A stretch of 64,000 nucleotides of DNA from Candidatus Bathyarchaeota archaeon (GCA_963811105.1 CAWEPZ010000011.1:960001-1024000); one strand, 5' to 3'; numbered from the stretch's first letter, positions 31,287 through 43,124 are shown. A program made the numbers and translations. Notes: generated from the sequence alone by a model not told the origin.

Positions 31287-31685
31287 TTATTTCATTTCAT
31301 TTATGGAAATTGCAGCTTTGCATTTCTTGAGTAAGTCATTGTCCGCCGTAACTAATTTGAGGTTTTCTTTCTCTGCCAAATAAACGTAGGATGCATCATA
31401 GAAAGTAAGATGTCGCCCTATCGCAACCTCTAAAACGTCCGCTATTGAATCAACCTCAAATTTTTTAAGAGGAGCCAGGGCTTCAGAGAAAATCCCCGCT
31501 ATCCTCGCTGGATCTTTGAGTTTTTTCTGCTGGTTTTCCCGCCAAAGCACATTCCCAATCTCGTACTCTGTTAGGGAACTCACCGCGCATTCCTCAGCAT
31601 TGAACGGTATGCCAGAAATTAAGAGGGGGTAAAGGGCAGAGGTGTCTATGATGTACTTACATTTCGTGTCTTGTCGCTTTGACAT
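31287..31685 (-). CDS. vapC: VapC PIN-domain toxin
   Basis: YIIDTSA, YEIGNVLW, LTFYDASY and LVTAD motifs. Confidence 0.88.
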   Translation of the reverse strand: MSKRQDTKCKYIIDTSALYPLLISGIPFNAEECAVSSLTEYEIGNVLWRENQQKKLKDPARIAGIFSEALAPLKKFEVDSIADVLEVAIGRHLTFYDASYVYLAEKENLKLVTADNDLLKKCKAAISINEMK

Positions 31686-31905
31686 CGCTTACCCACTCGT
31701 CAACTTTAACATCCATAAGACTGCCGAGTTCTTTGGCCACTTTCTGCGCTTTTGCTTTCTTCTCAGCAACAAGATCCTCTAAAAGCTGCTCCACAGCCAC
31801 TTTTAGATCGACTCCTAGCCTCTCAGCCTCATCTTTGAGACATTTTTTGACCCTTACCGATAAAACCTCAGTCAAAAGTATACACCCAACAAATAATGTA
31901 TACAA
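31657..31905 (-). CDS. vapB: VapB-like antitoxin
   Basis: TEVLSVRVKKCLKDEAERLGVD...WVSDVKATR; overlaps vapC. Confidence 0.8.
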   Translation of the reverse strand: MYTLFVGCILLTEVLSVRVKKCLKDEAERLGVDLKVAVEQLLEDLVAEKKAKAQKVAKELGSLMDVKVDEWVSDVKATRHEM

Positions 31906-32182
31906 GAAACCTATAAAACTTTAACGGAAAATACCTAAAAAAGATAGTTACCACAGACACCACATATACTCCTAACCGAAAAAAAATAACCAGCCTAATC
32001 AATTCGTCCTCAAGCCGTTTGGCTGATTTCAATTTAGCCTCAACAACTGTTTTAGGATTTCGATGTTGCAACTGCTTTTGAATTTCCGTTTCCGATTTTT
32101 TAGAAGAAAAGAACGGATAAGAGGCGTGGTTGATTTCGCCAATCAATTTCTATTCAAACGGAAACTGAGCTTAGCGGCATCG

Positions 32183-32884
32183 CTAAGGCGTAACTGTGAC
32201 GGTTCCCCACATGCCTGCAGCAAAGTGACCAACCACTTGGCAGATGTAATAGTAGTTTCCAGCTTGGGTGGGCGTGAAAGTAACTGTACTGTTCCCAAGC
32301 CCTAATATTATGTTGACACGAGCGCCAAAGACAACGTTTGCTGTAGCTGATTTGGCATCAACCATAGCCCAGTTGTGTTCAGTGGTGGGCATGGTGTTGA
32401 TGAATGTTAGGGTGACGTTGTCGCCGACTTTGAACGTAAACGTTGGTCCGGGGCTTTGAATGGTATCTGCACTATTTCCAAATCCGAAAGCCCCTTGGCT
32501 GTTGACACCCGCATAAATCGTTGCGGTAACTTGTGAAACTGCGGGAGTTGGCGTTGGTGTGGGTGGAATAGTTGGTGTTGATGTGGGAGTTGATGTTGGT
32601 GTTGATATTGGAGTTGGGCTGAATGTAGTAATAGGAGTAGGCGTTGGGGTGAACAAGGTAGTTGAAGTTGGCGATGAAGTTGGAGTGGGATTGATTGTTG
32701 CAGTAGGCGTTGAGACAACTGGTGGAGTTGGAGACGGAGTTGATGAAGGTAGAGGCGGCTGAATCAAGACGTAAATACCGATGATAATAACCACTAAGAC
32801 GATAATCCCTAACAAAATTGCCAGCATTTTTGCTATGCCTGATTTTGAAGACAAAAAATACATTTTCTTGCTTAAACGCTTCAA
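32183..32884 (-). CDS. Membrane-anchored blue-copper (cupredoxin, rusticyanin/sulfocyanin-like) protein
   Basis: N-terminal TM, Pro/Thr stalk and type-1 Cu ligands EHNW ... [17 protein letters not shown]. Confidence 0.85.
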   Translation of the reverse strand: MKRLSKKMYFLSSKSGIAKMLAILLGIIVLVVIIIGIYVLIQPPLPSSTPSPTPPVVSTPTATINPTPTSSPTSTTLFTPTPTPITTFSPTPISTPTSTPTSTPTIPPTPTPTPAVSQVTATIYAGVNSQGAFGFGNSADTIQSPGPTFTFKVGDNVTLTFINTMPTTEHNWAMVDAKSATANVVFGARVNIILGLGNSTVTFTPTQAGNYYYICQVVGHFAAGMWGTVTVTP

Positions 32885-32950
32885 TTAGCTGCCCCCTAAA
32901 GTTGTTGAACGAAGAGATTGTTAACAAAAAAAAAGAGGATTTAAAAAAGA

Positions 32951-34303
32951 CTAAGAAGATTTTCTTCTTCTCAAAAGTAGAACTAATCCTGCGACCACAA
33001 CAATCACGATGACAATGCCTAATGCAAGTGCCACAAAGGTTGTATTTGAGCTCGAGACATTCGGAGTTGGAGAAGGAATTACGGATTCGGTTGGTGTTGG
33101 CGAAACAATTGGGCTAAGTGTAGGTGTTGGAGTTGGGGTTGATGTGGGTTTTGGAGTTGGACTTGGAGTTACCGTGTGAGTGGAACTTGGAGAAGGTGAA
33201 GGACTTGGCGTTGGAGAAGGAGTTGGTCGTTGGTAGTTGGCAGTTAGGCGTTGGAGTTGGCGTTGGAGTTGGCGTTGGAGTTGGCGTAGAAGTGATTGGT
33301 TAGCGATTTGTCCTCTGATTTCTCCCCCTGGAAACTGAGTTGTATGCACGTTAACATAGCTCGTTCCATTAATCATCATAGCTATAAGAGTACTAAGAGG
33401 CTGCCCAGCTAAAGACCCGGTGAAGTTGGCTGCATTGAAGTCACCTTCAGCCAGAATTCCTGTGAATGACCCAACTTTTGCCGTAGCTGGAGGAACTGGA
33501 AACAGCAAAACCACGATACCACCATTGACTCCAGCCGCTCCCGCGTGAATATGAGACATAGTTGCATTGACGATGTTTGTAACCTGAACCACATAATGCA
33601 TGGAAAGACCATCTGCGCTAAGTGTAAAGGTAGCTTGACCTGTAGCCGAACTATTCGACGGGGGAACCTCATTATTACCAAGTTGAGCAGTAAAAGTAAT
33701 CGGTGTAACAGCATTACCAATTTGTCCTCTGATTTCTCCCCCTGGAAACTGAGTTGTATGCACATTAACATAGCTCGTTCCATTAATCATCATAGCTATA
33801 AGAGTGCTAAGAGGCTGCCCAGCTAAAGACCCGGTGAAGTTGGCTGCATTGAAGTCACCTTCAGCAAGAATTCCTGTGAATGACCCAACTTTTGCCGTAG
33901 CTGGAGGAACTGGAAACAGCAAAACCACGATACCACCATTGACTCCAGCCGCTCCCGCGTGAATATGAGACATAGTTGCATTGACGATGTTTGTAACCTG
34001 AACCACATAATGCATAGAAAGACCATCTGCGCTAAGCGTAAAGGTAGCTTGACCTGTAGCCGAACTATTCGACGGGGGAACCTCATTATTACCAAGTTGA
34101 GCAGTAAAAGTAATCGGTGCAGCATTAGCGAAGGTTTGGGAAGCAAAATTAATGCTTATAAAAATGCCTGCAAATAAGCCTATCAAAAGCACCATAATCG
34201 ACACTTTTGCCAAGGTTTGCCTTTTGTTTTGTCTGGACAATTCTATATCTTTTTTCCTGAGAGCCAAAAATAAGCTATTAACTGTTTTCATTGAAAAATT
34301 CAC
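32951..34303 (-). CDS. Secreted, membrane-anchored protein with two CHRD domains
   Basis: Two copies of [12 protein letters not shown]...HIHAG...[18 protein letters not shown], then a Pro/Thr stalk (locally out of frame) and a C-terminal TM with RRRK. Confidence 0.88.
   Translation of the reverse strand: MNFSMKTVNSLFLALRKKDIELSRQNKRQTLAKVSIMVLLIGLFAGIFISINFASQTFANAAPITFTAQLGNNEVPPSNSSATGQATFTLSADGLSMHYVVQVTNIVNATMSHIHAGAAGVNGGIVVLLFPVPPATAKVGSFTGILAEGDFNAANFTGSLAGQPLSTLIAMMINGTSYVNVHTTQFPGGEIRGQIGNAVTPITFTAQLGNNEVPPSNSSATGQATFTLSADGLSMHYVVQVTNIVNATMSHIHAGAAGVNGGIVVLLFPVPPATAKVGSFTGILAEGDFNAANFTGSLAGQPLSTLIAMMINGTSYVNVHTTQFPGGEIRGQIANQSLLRQLQRQLQRQLQRLTANYQRPTPSPTPSPSPSPSSTHTVTPSPTPKPTSTPTPTPTLSPIVSPTPTESVIPSPTPNVSSSNTTFVALALGIVIVIVVVAGLVLLLRRRKSS
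33306..34119. repeat. Near-identical tandem duplication (~400 bp, 414-bp offset) encoding the two CHRD domains
   Basis: 33306-33705 versus 33720-34119, with only a handful of substitutions and identical protein. Confidence 0.92.
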
Positions 34304-34746
34304 CAGAATTTTGTTCTTGTTTATGAACTTTCTTTGTCTTTAAAAGAATTGTGTGTAGGCATGACGCTACACTCTTTTTGAATAGCTAAGAACCCGGACC
34401 ATACATTAATATAGCGTTAAGGCTTTCCGCGATATATGCCGCTTCAAGAAATGACTTTGACTCATGGAATATGTTACACCTGAGAGAAGAGTACATGAAA
34501 CAGGCTATTGAAGACCTGGGAATTTTTTGAGAAAAGAGGACCAAATTTTAATCTAACCAACCCAAAGAGTTCACTTACAACTAATACGTACTAAACATCC
34601 AAGTCCTAAGCTAAGCATGCAGGCTACAACTAAAACAACCGGAAAAAGCTCTGATCTTAAATATTCGCTTGTTAGTATGGTCGCTTTCGGCAGCCAATCC
34701 ATAAGAAAAATAAAAAAGAAGAGGAGATAGCGGTCTTTTCCAGACG

Positions 34747-37326
34747 CTATGCTTTTTTCCGTATCGCCATCATTATTAAAGCGCCGATTATAATGACTAT
34801 TATTGCTATTGCGATAACGCCTGCAACTATTGTCAGTGTATAGTCCGGTACTGTTATTGCTGGTCCTGTTGAGGTTGTTGCTGTGGGTGTTGTTTCTGCG
34901 CCAACTGAAACAGCAGTTGCTGCTGATGAGCTGCCGTAGGAGTCGTCCCCTGCAAATGTGGCAATTATCCTGTATGTGCCTTCAGTAGGCGGCGTCCAAG
35001 GCATTTCAAAGGTGCCGTAGTATGCACTTGTAGTTACGGTGCCGATTGTGATGGCGTTGTTGTTAGAGTCTATAGCTGTGAGTACAATTGGCACACCAGT
35101 CATCGTAGCATTGTGGTCAACACCGTCGATTGGATGCTGCATATGCAGATATTCCATCTCAGTAGCCATCGAATCCTTAGAGACGCATGGTGTGTTAGGC
35201 TGAGCAGGAGACAAATCAAGCACTGTGCCCTTTATCAAAACGCCTGTTCCTCGCGCAACCACTGTATCGGGTGCTGTCACTGTTGTAGCGGTTTTTCCTC
35301 TGCCGAAGACATACATGTATCCGTCATAAGAGTTTCCTGCAGTCATGTAGCCATCCGCAGTCGCGCCTGGAGCCATGCTGCCAGTAATGTTCCATATGCC
35401 CTGGCCTGTGGTTATGTTGATCGCGTGTAGCTTGTAGCCTCTGTAAATAGGTTGGTTTGGACTGTGCTCAGTGTTATAGGTGTATAGGACTCCGTCTGCG
35501 ATGACAGAAGTTCCGGTAAACCATGCATAGGAATCAACACCTGTTGCATCATTTGCATACGGTTGTTCATACGGGTATTCTGGCACGTATTGATACAGCC
35601 AGGCTACTTTTCCGTTGGTCCAGTTGTAAGCAGCGACTCCATCGTATTGATTTGCAATTATCATTCCTCCGTAGGATTGTACACCGTAGCAGCCGAAGCT
35701 TCCCCATGGCCAACTTGTCAAATCGCTTACCCATAGCTGTTTTCCAGTGTGGAGGTCCCAGCAATACCAATGTCCATCATTTAAGCGCACAGCGAATTTG
35801 CCGTGATCTGCGACTGAGGTGCTTGCACTGAAGAAGCCCCCTTCCCCCGTCGTTGTATCGGTTGTGATGTTGAATAGTAGTTGTCCTGTCGTCATGCTTG
35901 CTGCCATTATGCCTTGACCATATGCCACAACAAAGCCTGAGCCAACTCCTCCTGTACCCGGAGTAGTTATCGCATATGTGTTAACAGCAATAGCTGATTC
36001 ATAGTCAACAGTGCCTAAACTGCTGAATGGCCATGTAACGTTGCCCAGAACTTGAGGCCGCAGGTTGGTAGCACCTCCGAATCCAACGTCTCCTGTTATA
36101 GTCCAGTTGATAAGTCTATATTGAGTGCCAATAGTCTGTACTGTAAAGAATACAGGCCAACCGTCGGGTGTTTGCGCGTAGAATGTGCCGCTCGTGAATG
36201 GAGAAATTGAGATGTTGGCGATTACTGTTCCAAGCCACGGGTCATACCATATCAGTCGACTACTTCCCACGTACATAAGTCTCACAGACAATCCTGAATC
36301 TTCGGCGCTAGCGCCCGCGACAGTCACAGAAGTCCTTGTAATATAATTAATCATTGTTGGCACCTGGGTGACATTTAATTGGTCCCAATAAACTTGCCCA
36401 GTTTGAAGGTCGTAGCATTCCCAAACAGATTGTGCGTGGCCGTCTATCATTTTAGTCATGGTTTGATAGCATCTTCCGTCATAAATTATCGATGGTGTTG
36501 CTCCCCTGCCCGACAAGGATGTCAGCCCCATTGTTCCACCAATTACACCAGCTATAGCGTCTTGCCGCATCCAAACTACGTGTGCAGTTTTAGGTCCTTG
36601 AACATAAGGAGTGAACAAATAGTTGCTCATGTAGGTGTTTGTGTCTGCTGGCCAGCTTGGGCCGCCTCCAACAATGCCTGTAGCAGGATAGTTGCCCAAT
36701 ATCGACCACCATTCCCTGTTTTCAGGTGACACCGGTCTTGTCCAGTAGTCCGTCGGAAGAGGTGAACCTGGCCAACTTTGAGCAAGCGTATTGGTTACAG
36801 TTATAGTATATGGTCCGTCACTGCTTGGTTTGTAGTATACTGAATTGGTAAAGGTCGTGTTGGTTCCAAACTGGAATGATGCTTCGGTCGTGTTGTAAAC
36901 TCCTGCAGGGAAGTAGGCACCGAGGAAGTCAAATTTGATTGTCCAATTGCCAAGCTGATCCGGTACGTAATTGAACCATGCTGATACATCTCCAGGATAG
37001 GAGTTCAGTGGACCGATAGTATCTTTGGTACCGTCTGGCTTTGTGAATGTCACTACGTAAGCATTTTTCATGTATCTGACGACGTGAACTGGAGGTTGAA
37101 GCCAAAGGTTAACAATTACATTTTGTCCAAGCCCAATGGCATGCGGGTTGAAACTCAAGTGAGCGATTGTCTGGAATGATTCATCTGGAGTAACGCCTGT
37201 TGGTAATGGTATTGATCCGTTATCCTGTAGTGGTAAGCTTTGAGCTTGAATAATAGATGGTGTTGTCAACGCAAATAAAGATATCAAGAAAATAGCAATT
37301 ATAGTTTTCTTTGCTTTTCCAAACAT
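34747..37326 (-). CDS. Large PQQ-like beta-propeller cell-surface protein (paralog 1)
   Basis: Signal peptide, LPTDYWTRP..NREW, WDLHTGKQLW blades, EHSP..RG, PAQPNTPCVS..MEYLHMQ and C-terminal TM with RKK. Confidence 0.9.
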   Translation of the reverse strand: MFGKAKKTIIAIFLISLFALTTPSIIQAQSLPLQDNGSIPLPTGVTPDESFQTIAHLSFNPHAIGLGQNVIVNLWLQPPVHVVRYMKNAYVVTFTKPDGTKDTIGPLNSYPGDVSAWFNYVPDQLGNWTIKFDFLGAYFPAGVYNTTEASFQFGTNTTFTNSVYYKPSSDGPYTITVTNTLAQSWPGSPLPTDYWTRPVSPENREWWSILGNYPATGIVGGGPSWPADTNTYMSNYLFTPYVQGPKTAHVVWMRQDAIAGVIGGTMGLTSLSGRGATPSIIYDGRCYQTMTKMIDGHAQSVWECYDLQTGQVYWDQLNVTQVPTMINYITRTSVTVAGASAEDSGLSVRLMYVGSSRLIWYDPWLGTVIANISISPFTSGTFYAQTPDGWPVFFTVQTIGTQYRLINWTITGDVGFGGATNLRPQVLGNVTWPFSSLGTVDYESAIAVNTYAITTPGTGGVGSGFVVAYGQGIMAASMTTGQLLFNITTDTTTGEGGFFSASTSVADHGKFAVRLNDGHWYCWDLHTGKQLWVSDLTSWPWGSFGCYGVQSYGGMIIANQYDGVAAYNWTNGKVAWLYQYVPEYPYEQPYANDATGVDSYAWFTGTSVIADGVLYTYNTEHSPNQPIYRGYKLHAINITTGQGIWNITGSMAPGATADGYMTAGNSYDGYMYVFGRGKTATTVTAPDTVVARGTGVLIKGTVLDLSPAQPNTPCVSKDSMATEMEYLHMQHPIDGVDHNATMTGVPIVLTAIDSNNNAITIGTVTTSAYYGTFEMPWTPPTEGTYRIIATFAGDDSYGSSSAATAVSVGAETTPTATTSTGPAITVPDYTLTIVAGVIAIAIIVIIIGALIMMAIRKKA

Positions 37327-37394
37327 GTTGTTCTTTCTTCTCTTAAGTTTATGTACAAAGCCGTTAAAGCCTTGTCAAAACGAGTGGTATGCAT

Positions 37395-37631
37395 TCAACT
37401 TGTATTTAAGTTTAGTCCAATCAACCTATTGTCTGGTAATCGACTTGAACATAGGCGATGAAGAAACAGTCGCCAGTTCCCGATGGAATCTACACCCAAA
37501 TCGACCGAATCGAAACACTGTGTTAAATCAACCCGACGCTTAGGAACCAACTTCAAGTAACCCTTCCGCTTAATAAATATGGATTTCTCTGCTTTCACCG
37601 ATTTCCCTGCTTTCACCGATTTCCGCTTCAC
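37395..37631 (-). pseudogene. Probable antitoxin gene fragment
   Basis: LKLVPKRRVDLTQCFDSVDLGVDSIGNW resembles AbrB/VapB C-termini. The N-terminus comes from an 18-bp tandem duplication. Confidence 0.3.
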
Positions 37632-37973
37632 GCCAATCCACAGGGCAGGATAAGACGACCCTTAGAATCCACTTTCCTTAATTCAAAGCCGGTTTCCAAC
37701 TAATCCATCATAAATAAATTACACACCATTCCATAAAGTTCCACCAAAAACATAATAATTAACAACACCCCGCAAAAGATAACCCCCCGAATATTGCAAA
37801 ATGAACAACATGGTACAAATGCAATAAGCGTGCCCCCTATTACTACTAACAATGGAGTAATCCCACGCCAAATTTACCGTCAAGCGCTAATACAGTCGAA
37901 AACTTAGTTACCGACGTTCAATTTGCGCTGCCGCTACCAGTAACCAAATATTTTACTTTTAAATTCCTACTAT

Positions 37974-40625
37974 TTGCAGAATAAAACGAATAATAGAATT
38001 CAAAAATCCTCGGTAAGAAGGATGCTATATATGAATTTGAACAATTTTACCATTAAATCGCAGGAAGCCATTCAGAAAGCCACAGAAATTGCTATAGCAA
38101 AACAGAACCAATCAATTGAAACCTCACATTTGTTGAAAGGCATATTGATGGTGGACGAAAATGTGGTTCCCTATTTATTGAAGAAACTAAATGTAAACTT
38201 TGATGCTTTTTCAAAGGCGCTTGATAAGTTAATTGATTCCTTACCTAAGGTAGAGGGCGGACAACAATACCTCTCATCAAATTCAAATCGAGCCCTCCAG
38301 AAAGCGTCAGAAATAGCTTCAGAATTCAAAGATGAATTCATCTCCATCGAACATCTATTGCTATCAATCTTAACGGTAAAAGATGCAGCATCAAGACTAC
38401 TTGAGAACAACGGAGTCAACGAAAAAGATCTGCAGGCAGCAATCAAACAATTACGTAAAGGATCAACCGTTAATTCTCAAACTGCAGAAGAAACCTACAA
38501 TGCATTAAACAAATACGCATTCAACCTAAATGAATTGGCCAGAAAAGGAAAACTTGACCCAGTCATTGGACGCGACGAGGAAATCCGAAGAGTCCTTCAA
38601 ATCCTATCCCGAAGAACGAAAAACAATCCAATTCTAATCGGAGAGCCAGGCGTTGGCAAAACCGCAATCGCAGAAGGACTAGCTCACCGCATAATCGATG
38701 GAGACGTACCCGAGAACCTGAAATCAAAACAAGTTTATTCACTTGACATGAGTGCTCTTATCGCCGGTGCAAAATTCAAGGGCGAATTCGAAGAACGATT
38801 GAAAAGCGTAGTCAAAGAAGTTGTTTCAGCTGAAGGCGATATAGTCCTATTCATAGACGAGATTCATACTCTCGTCGGAGCTGGCGGCGGCGAAGGAGCA
38901 ATGGACGCAGCAAACATCCTAAAACCCGCACTAGCTAGAGGAGAATTACGTGCCATCGGCGCCACAACATTAAACGAATACCAGAAATATTTTGAAAAAG
39001 ACAAAGCCCTTGAAAGACGGTTCCAACCAGTCATGGTCAATGAACCAGACACACTGGACGCTATCTCTATTCTTCGAGGTCTAAAAGAACGTTACGAAAC
39101 ATATCACCATGTAAGAATCAAAGATGAAGCAATAATAGCCGCTGTGGAACTCTCACAAAGATACATTTCAGACCGATTTCTCCCAGATAAAGCAATAGAC
39201 TTGATTGATGAAGCCGCATCAAAACTTCGACTCGAAATCAATTCAGAACCTGAAGAGCTCGAAGTAAAAGACCGCCGAATCCGTCAACTAGAAATTGAAC
39301 GCGAAGCTATCAAACGTGAAAAAGATCAAGCGAAACTTAAGTCACTCAATGAAGAAATCGCGAACCTAAGCGAAGAACGCAATCAACTACGTGCCAAATG
39401 GCAATCTGAAAAAGACATAGTTGAACAAATTCAGAACAAAAAGAACGACATTGAACAACTAAAGTTTGAAGATGAGAAGGCAAACCGCAATGGCGATCTT
39501 GGACGCGTCGCAGAAATTCGCTACGGCAAAATTCCAGAAGCAGAAAAAATAATTGAAACTCTAAAGAAGAAACTCTCAGAGTTGCAGAAAGATTCAACCA
39601 TGGTAAATGAAGAAGTTGGCGCCGAAGAAATCGCTGAAATAGTTTCTCGCTGGACAGGTATCCCGGTTAGCAGAATGCTTCAAAGTGAACGGCAGAAACT
39701 GCTTAATTTAGAAACAGAACTTCACATGCGGGTTGTTGGACAAGATGAAGCAGTCAATGCAGTGGCAGATGCTATTAGAAGAAACCGCGCAGGGTTGCAG
39801 GATCCCAAACGACCAATCGGATCGTTCATCTTCTTGGGCACCACAGGGGTAGGAAAAACCGAATTAGCAAAAGCCTTAGCAGAATTCCTATTCAACAACG
39901 AAAACAGCATGATCAGAATAGACATGTCTGAATATCAAGAACGACACACTGTTTCAAGACTCATAGGCGCACCCCCCGGCTACGTAGGCTACGAAGAAAG
40001 CGGACAACTAACCGAAGCAGTCCGAAGAAAACCATACTCTGTCTTACTTCTTGACGAAATTGAAAAAGCCCACCCTGACGTTTTCAACATACTGCTCCAA
40101 GTACTCGACGACGGCAGACTAACAGACAACAAAGGCCGAACTGTAGATTTCAAAAACACCATAATCATAATGACCTCAAACATTGGCTCTCACATAATTC
40201 AAGAAAACCTAGAAAAAGTAAATGACCTAAACCGCGAAGAAATCATAAATCAAACACGAAAACAAGTCTTCGATTTACTCAAAAAAAGCATAAAACCAGA
40301 ATTCCTAAATCGCATCGACGAAATAATCATGTTCCAATCATTAACCCGAGAAGAAGTCCGAAGAATAGTAGAACTCCAACTAAAAAACATCCAGAAAATG
40401 CTAGAAAAAAGCTGCATCAAACTCACAATCACCAAAAAAGCCGTAGACTTCATTGCCATCATCGGATTTGACCCCCAGTTCGGAGCGAGACCAATAAAAC
40501 GCGTTATCCAGAAAAACTTGCTGAACGAATTATCAAAGATGATCCTAGAAGAAAAAGTCAACAAAAACTCGGAAATTATTGTCGATGAGAAAAACGGCAA
40601 GCTGGTGTTCAAAAACAAATTATAG
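37974..40625 (+). CDS. clpB: ATP-dependent chaperone ClpB (likely start ATG 38031)
   Basis: Clp N-domain, [21 protein letters not shown], coiled-coil middle domain, [27 protein letters not shown] and FGARPIKR. Confidence 0.97.
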   Translation: MQNKTNNRIQKSSVRRMLYMNLNNFTIKSQEAIQKATEIAIAKQNQSIETSHLLKGILMVDENVVPYLLKKLNVNFDAFSKALDKLIDSLPKVEGGQQYLSSNSNRALQKASEIASEFKDEFISIEHLLLSILTVKDAASRLLENNGVNEKDLQAAIKQLRKGSTVNSQTAEETYNALNKYAFNLNELARKGKLDPVIGRDEEIRRVLQILSRRTKNNPILIGEPGVGKTAIAEGLAHRIIDGDVPENLKSKQVYSLDMSALIAGAKFKGEFEERLKSVVKEVVSAEGDIVLFIDEIHTLVGAGGGEGAMDAANILKPALARGELRAIGATTLNEYQKYFEKDKALERRFQPVMVNEPDTLDAISILRGLKERYETYHHVRIKDEAIIAAVELSQRYISDRFLPDKAIDLIDEAASKLRLEINSEPEELEVKDRRIRQLEIEREAIKREKDQAKLKSLNEEIANLSEERNQLRAKWQSEKDIVEQIQNKKNDIEQLKFEDEKANRNGDLGRVAEIRYGKIPEAEKIIETLKKKLSELQKDSTMVNEEVGAEEIAEIVSRWTGIPVSRMLQSERQKLLNLETELHMRVVGQDEAVNAVADAIRRNRAGLQDPKRPIGSFIFLGTTGVGKTELAKALAEFLFNNENSMIRIDMSEYQERHTVSRLIGAPPGYVGYEESGQLTEAVRRKPYSVLLLDEIEKAHPDVFNILLQVLDDGRLTDNKGRTVDFKNTIIIMTSNIGSHIIQENLEKVNDLNREEIINQTRKQVFDLLKKSIKPEFLNRIDEIIMFQSLTREEVRRIVELQLKNIQKMLEKSCIKLTITKKAVDFIAIIGFDPQFGARPIKRVIQKNLLNELSKMILEEKVNKNSEIIVDEKNGKLVFKNKL

Positions 40626-40861
40626 ATACTATTTCAATACCCCGCAAGTTCTCAAAAACCATCTTTTTTTGTTTCAAAGATTACTTAGTTTTCTATTTGA
40701 TAAAATCTAATCAATGTTCAACAAGTTCTAAGCTCTGTTAGGTGAAATCAGACAACATGTAAGATTTTAAACCGCTGCAATGTATTCTGGTAAACAAAGC
40801 AGTGTCTCTATGCTAAGAGTTAATATAGCGCCTCGATGATTTTCTCGGCTGCCATTAGAGA

Positions 40862-42361
40862 ATGACCGCCAACAAAATTCTAGGAAAAACTTTAATAATT
40901 TATCAGTTTAAGACATTCAAGGTGGTTTCTTTTTCAGTGCGTAAAATGAGCAAAAAACAACCTAATCAACTTAATCCACTTGCATTTAAAAAACACCCCT
41001 CTGAGCAATTGGACCACCAAAAAATTGCCCAATTAATACTTTCTCCGTTCATCCACTTGTTCAACATTAATGAATCGACGAAGTGTCTTTTCAATTCTTT
41101 AACTCTAAAGAAAGTGTACTTAACCAATGATAATTACACTAAGCTTTTAATAGATCTAAGTATGGGAAAACGTAGTAGAGACGTCAAAAGTTTAATCGAC
41201 TTGAAGTTTATAGTGCCTCTAGGCTTTGATGCGGAAAAAGTGTTTGACAGCGTCGCAAACAGCTTGCTTAGAAAGAAACCTTCGACCAACCTTGCGTACA
41301 TTTTGGTAACTGACTTCTGCAACTTCAGATGCGGTTACTGCTTCATAGAAAACTCTCTAAAGGGTCCTAGCATAGCAATGTCCAAGGATTTGGCAGATAA
41401 AGTCATTAACGTTTTGATCAACGAAGCAAAGCAAGTCCCAGAATATAGAGTTACATTTTATGGAGGAGAACCCCTAAGCATCAGCGAAATAGTCTTCTAC
41501 ATCATCAAAAAACTTGAGCAAGCATCTAAGGACAAATTCAAATTTTCTTGCGTTACAAACGGAAGTCTAGTAACCGAAGATTTAGCTAGAAAACTTAAAC
41601 AACACAACGTTACCGTAGGATTATCGCTAGACGGATGGGCCAACATTGACAAAAACCGTGTTTTTACCAATGGAAAAGAAACCTTTTACTCAGCACTTAA
41701 AGCGTTAGCTCTCCTAAAAGAAGCCGAGGTAAATGTTGGAATATCATGCACAATTACAAAACAGAACTACAAATACGCAGAGGAAATAGTTGAATTTATC
41801 CAAAAATTGGGAATCAGAACCATTGGTTTTAATTTGTTAACTAGACTCCAAGAGCCAAGTGAATTTGAGGTGCCAGACCCAAAACAACTCGCGCACCACC
41901 TCTTTGAAGCGTACTTAAAAGCAAACGAATTGCAAATGTTTGAAGATCGCATAGGCAATAGACGAGCAAACTATTTTTTCAAAGAAATATTTCATTTGTA
42001 CGATTGCCCCGCGTTTGGTCAACTAATATTCTTTTCGCCAGCTGGAACAGTGGGACCTTGCCATGCGTTCTATCCTTCAGGAAAACATCAAATTCCAATC
42101 AAAGATAATCTGAAAGTCCAAGAAGAACCATTGTTTTACAAATGGCTGGAAATTGGCACACTAAAGAATAAAGATTGCATGAGGTGTCCGGCCCTTGGAA
42201 TCTGCGGCGGAGGCTGCGCTTACGATATTTACGTTAAGACCGGTCAGCTTGGCATTAAAGAAGACTACTTCTGCGCTTTCCAGAATGAAATACTCAAGCT
42301 CCTGCTATCTTACAATTTCCTGATAAAACCTCAAAATAAACTTGGAAAAACGAAAAGTTGA
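40862..42361 (+). CDS. Radical SAM/SPASM-domain peptide maturase (likely start ATG 40946)
   Basis: CNFRCGYC, FYGGEP, TNG and SLDG core motifs. Seven-Cys SPASM: CPAF(x)G-TVGP-C ... CMRCPALGICGGGC ... YFC. N-terminal ~100-aa extension, possibly an RRE. Confidence 0.92.
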   Translation: MTANKILGKTLIIYQFKTFKVVSFSVRKMSKKQPNQLNPLAFKKHPSEQLDHQKIAQLILSPFIHLFNINESTKCLFNSLTLKKVYLTNDNYTKLLIDLSMGKRSRDVKSLIDLKFIVPLGFDAEKVFDSVANSLLRKKPSTNLAYILVTDFCNFRCGYCFIENSLKGPSIAMSKDLADKVINVLINEAKQVPEYRVTFYGGEPLSISEIVFYIIKKLEQASKDKFKFSCVTNGSLVTEDLARKLKQHNVTVGLSLDGWANIDKNRVFTNGKETFYSALKALALLKEAEVNVGISCTITKQNYKYAEEIVEFIQKLGIRTIGFNLLTRLQEPSEFEVPDPKQLAHHLFEAYLKANELQMFEDRIGNRRANYFFKEIFHLYDCPAFGQLIFFSPAGTVGPCHAFYPSGKHQIPIKDNLKVQEEPLFYKWLEIGTLKNKDCMRCPALGICGGGCAYDIYVKTGQLGIKEDYFCAFQNEILKLLLSYNFLIKPQNKLGKTKS

Positions 42362-42555
42362 AAGATTCACCCGTCTAAACACCAAAAAGCCCATAAAAAG
42401 CCCTTAGCCAAAAGAATCTAAGCAAACAATTGCTAATCAACAATTCAATAAATGAAAAAAAGATACAGACACATCTGACAGTTAACTTCACCCCAGATTG
42501 CCTGTACAATAAATATAAATAATTGACACTTCATACAACAATGTAGTGATTATTT

Positions 42556-43014
42556 TTGTCAAAAAATAAATCAAATCCTATAGCGCCCTCCAAAAACCCA
42601 TCTATCGCTCTATCAACAAAAAAATTGACCACAGCACAAAGCAAACGTTTACCAACAATCTTGGCACAAATACCACCTATCGAAAAACTGAATCCGGCCA
42701 TGTATGCAAAGCTGCAGTCAACTATACATGATACCGTAGCAAAAGCTTTGCCGGAATATCAGCAATGGATAAGCAAAACTATTGCATCGGATGGCCAGAC
42801 TCCGACTCCAGTGTGTAGCTCATGCGGAAACGACTGCCCAACACCACTTTGCAGTTCATGTGGAAACGATTGCCCCACACCTCTATGTAGCTCATGCGGA
42901 AACGACTGCCCAACACCATCAGCAACTAGAAAAATTGAAGACATGGTCAATGTGGCTGTCAACCAGGCAATGACCACGGCAATTCGTCAAGCTTTGGAAC
43001 AACAATTCAAATAA
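42556..43014 (+). CDS. Putative RiPP precursor with three tandem Cys-rich cores flanked by helical leader and follower
   Basis: TPVCSSCGNDCP TPLCSSCGNDCP TPLCSSCGNDCP; located between two radical SAM genes. Confidence 0.8.
   Translation: MSKNKSNPIAPSKNPSIALSTKKLTTAQSKRLPTILAQIPPIEKLNPAMYAKLQSTIHDTVAKALPEYQQWISKTIASDGQTPTPVCSSCGNDCPTPLCSSCGNDCPTPLCSSCGNDCPTPSATRKIEDMVNVAVNQAMTTAIRQALEQQFK
42805..42918 (+). repeat. 36-bp x3 coding repeat of the precursor cores
   Basis: Units start at 42805, 42841 and 42877. Differences are almost all synonymous (TGT/TGC, AGC/AGT, GAC/GAT, CCA/CCC/CCT). Confidence 0.95.
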
Positions 43015-43124
43015 GAAGCTGTTTTCCAATTGAGAAACGTAAACGCTCAAATGAAGAACAAGCAACAAAAATAGTCTACTGATTTGCACGATAAAAATCA
43101 GCAGCTATTCCAAAAAACAACATC

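Noticed and set aside
32407-32927. Overlapping alternative-frame and antisense ORFs here and elsewhere (e.g. 1050-1421, 9730-10110, 15492-15809, 16799-17230, 24282-24773, 35113-35831)
   Set aside because: They are shadows of well-supported genes or low-complexity Pro/Thr DNA and have no recognisable motifs.
42805-42918. 36-bp repeats as a mini-CRISPR
   Set aside because: The repeats are directly adjacent with no spacers and vary synonymously, so they are coding.
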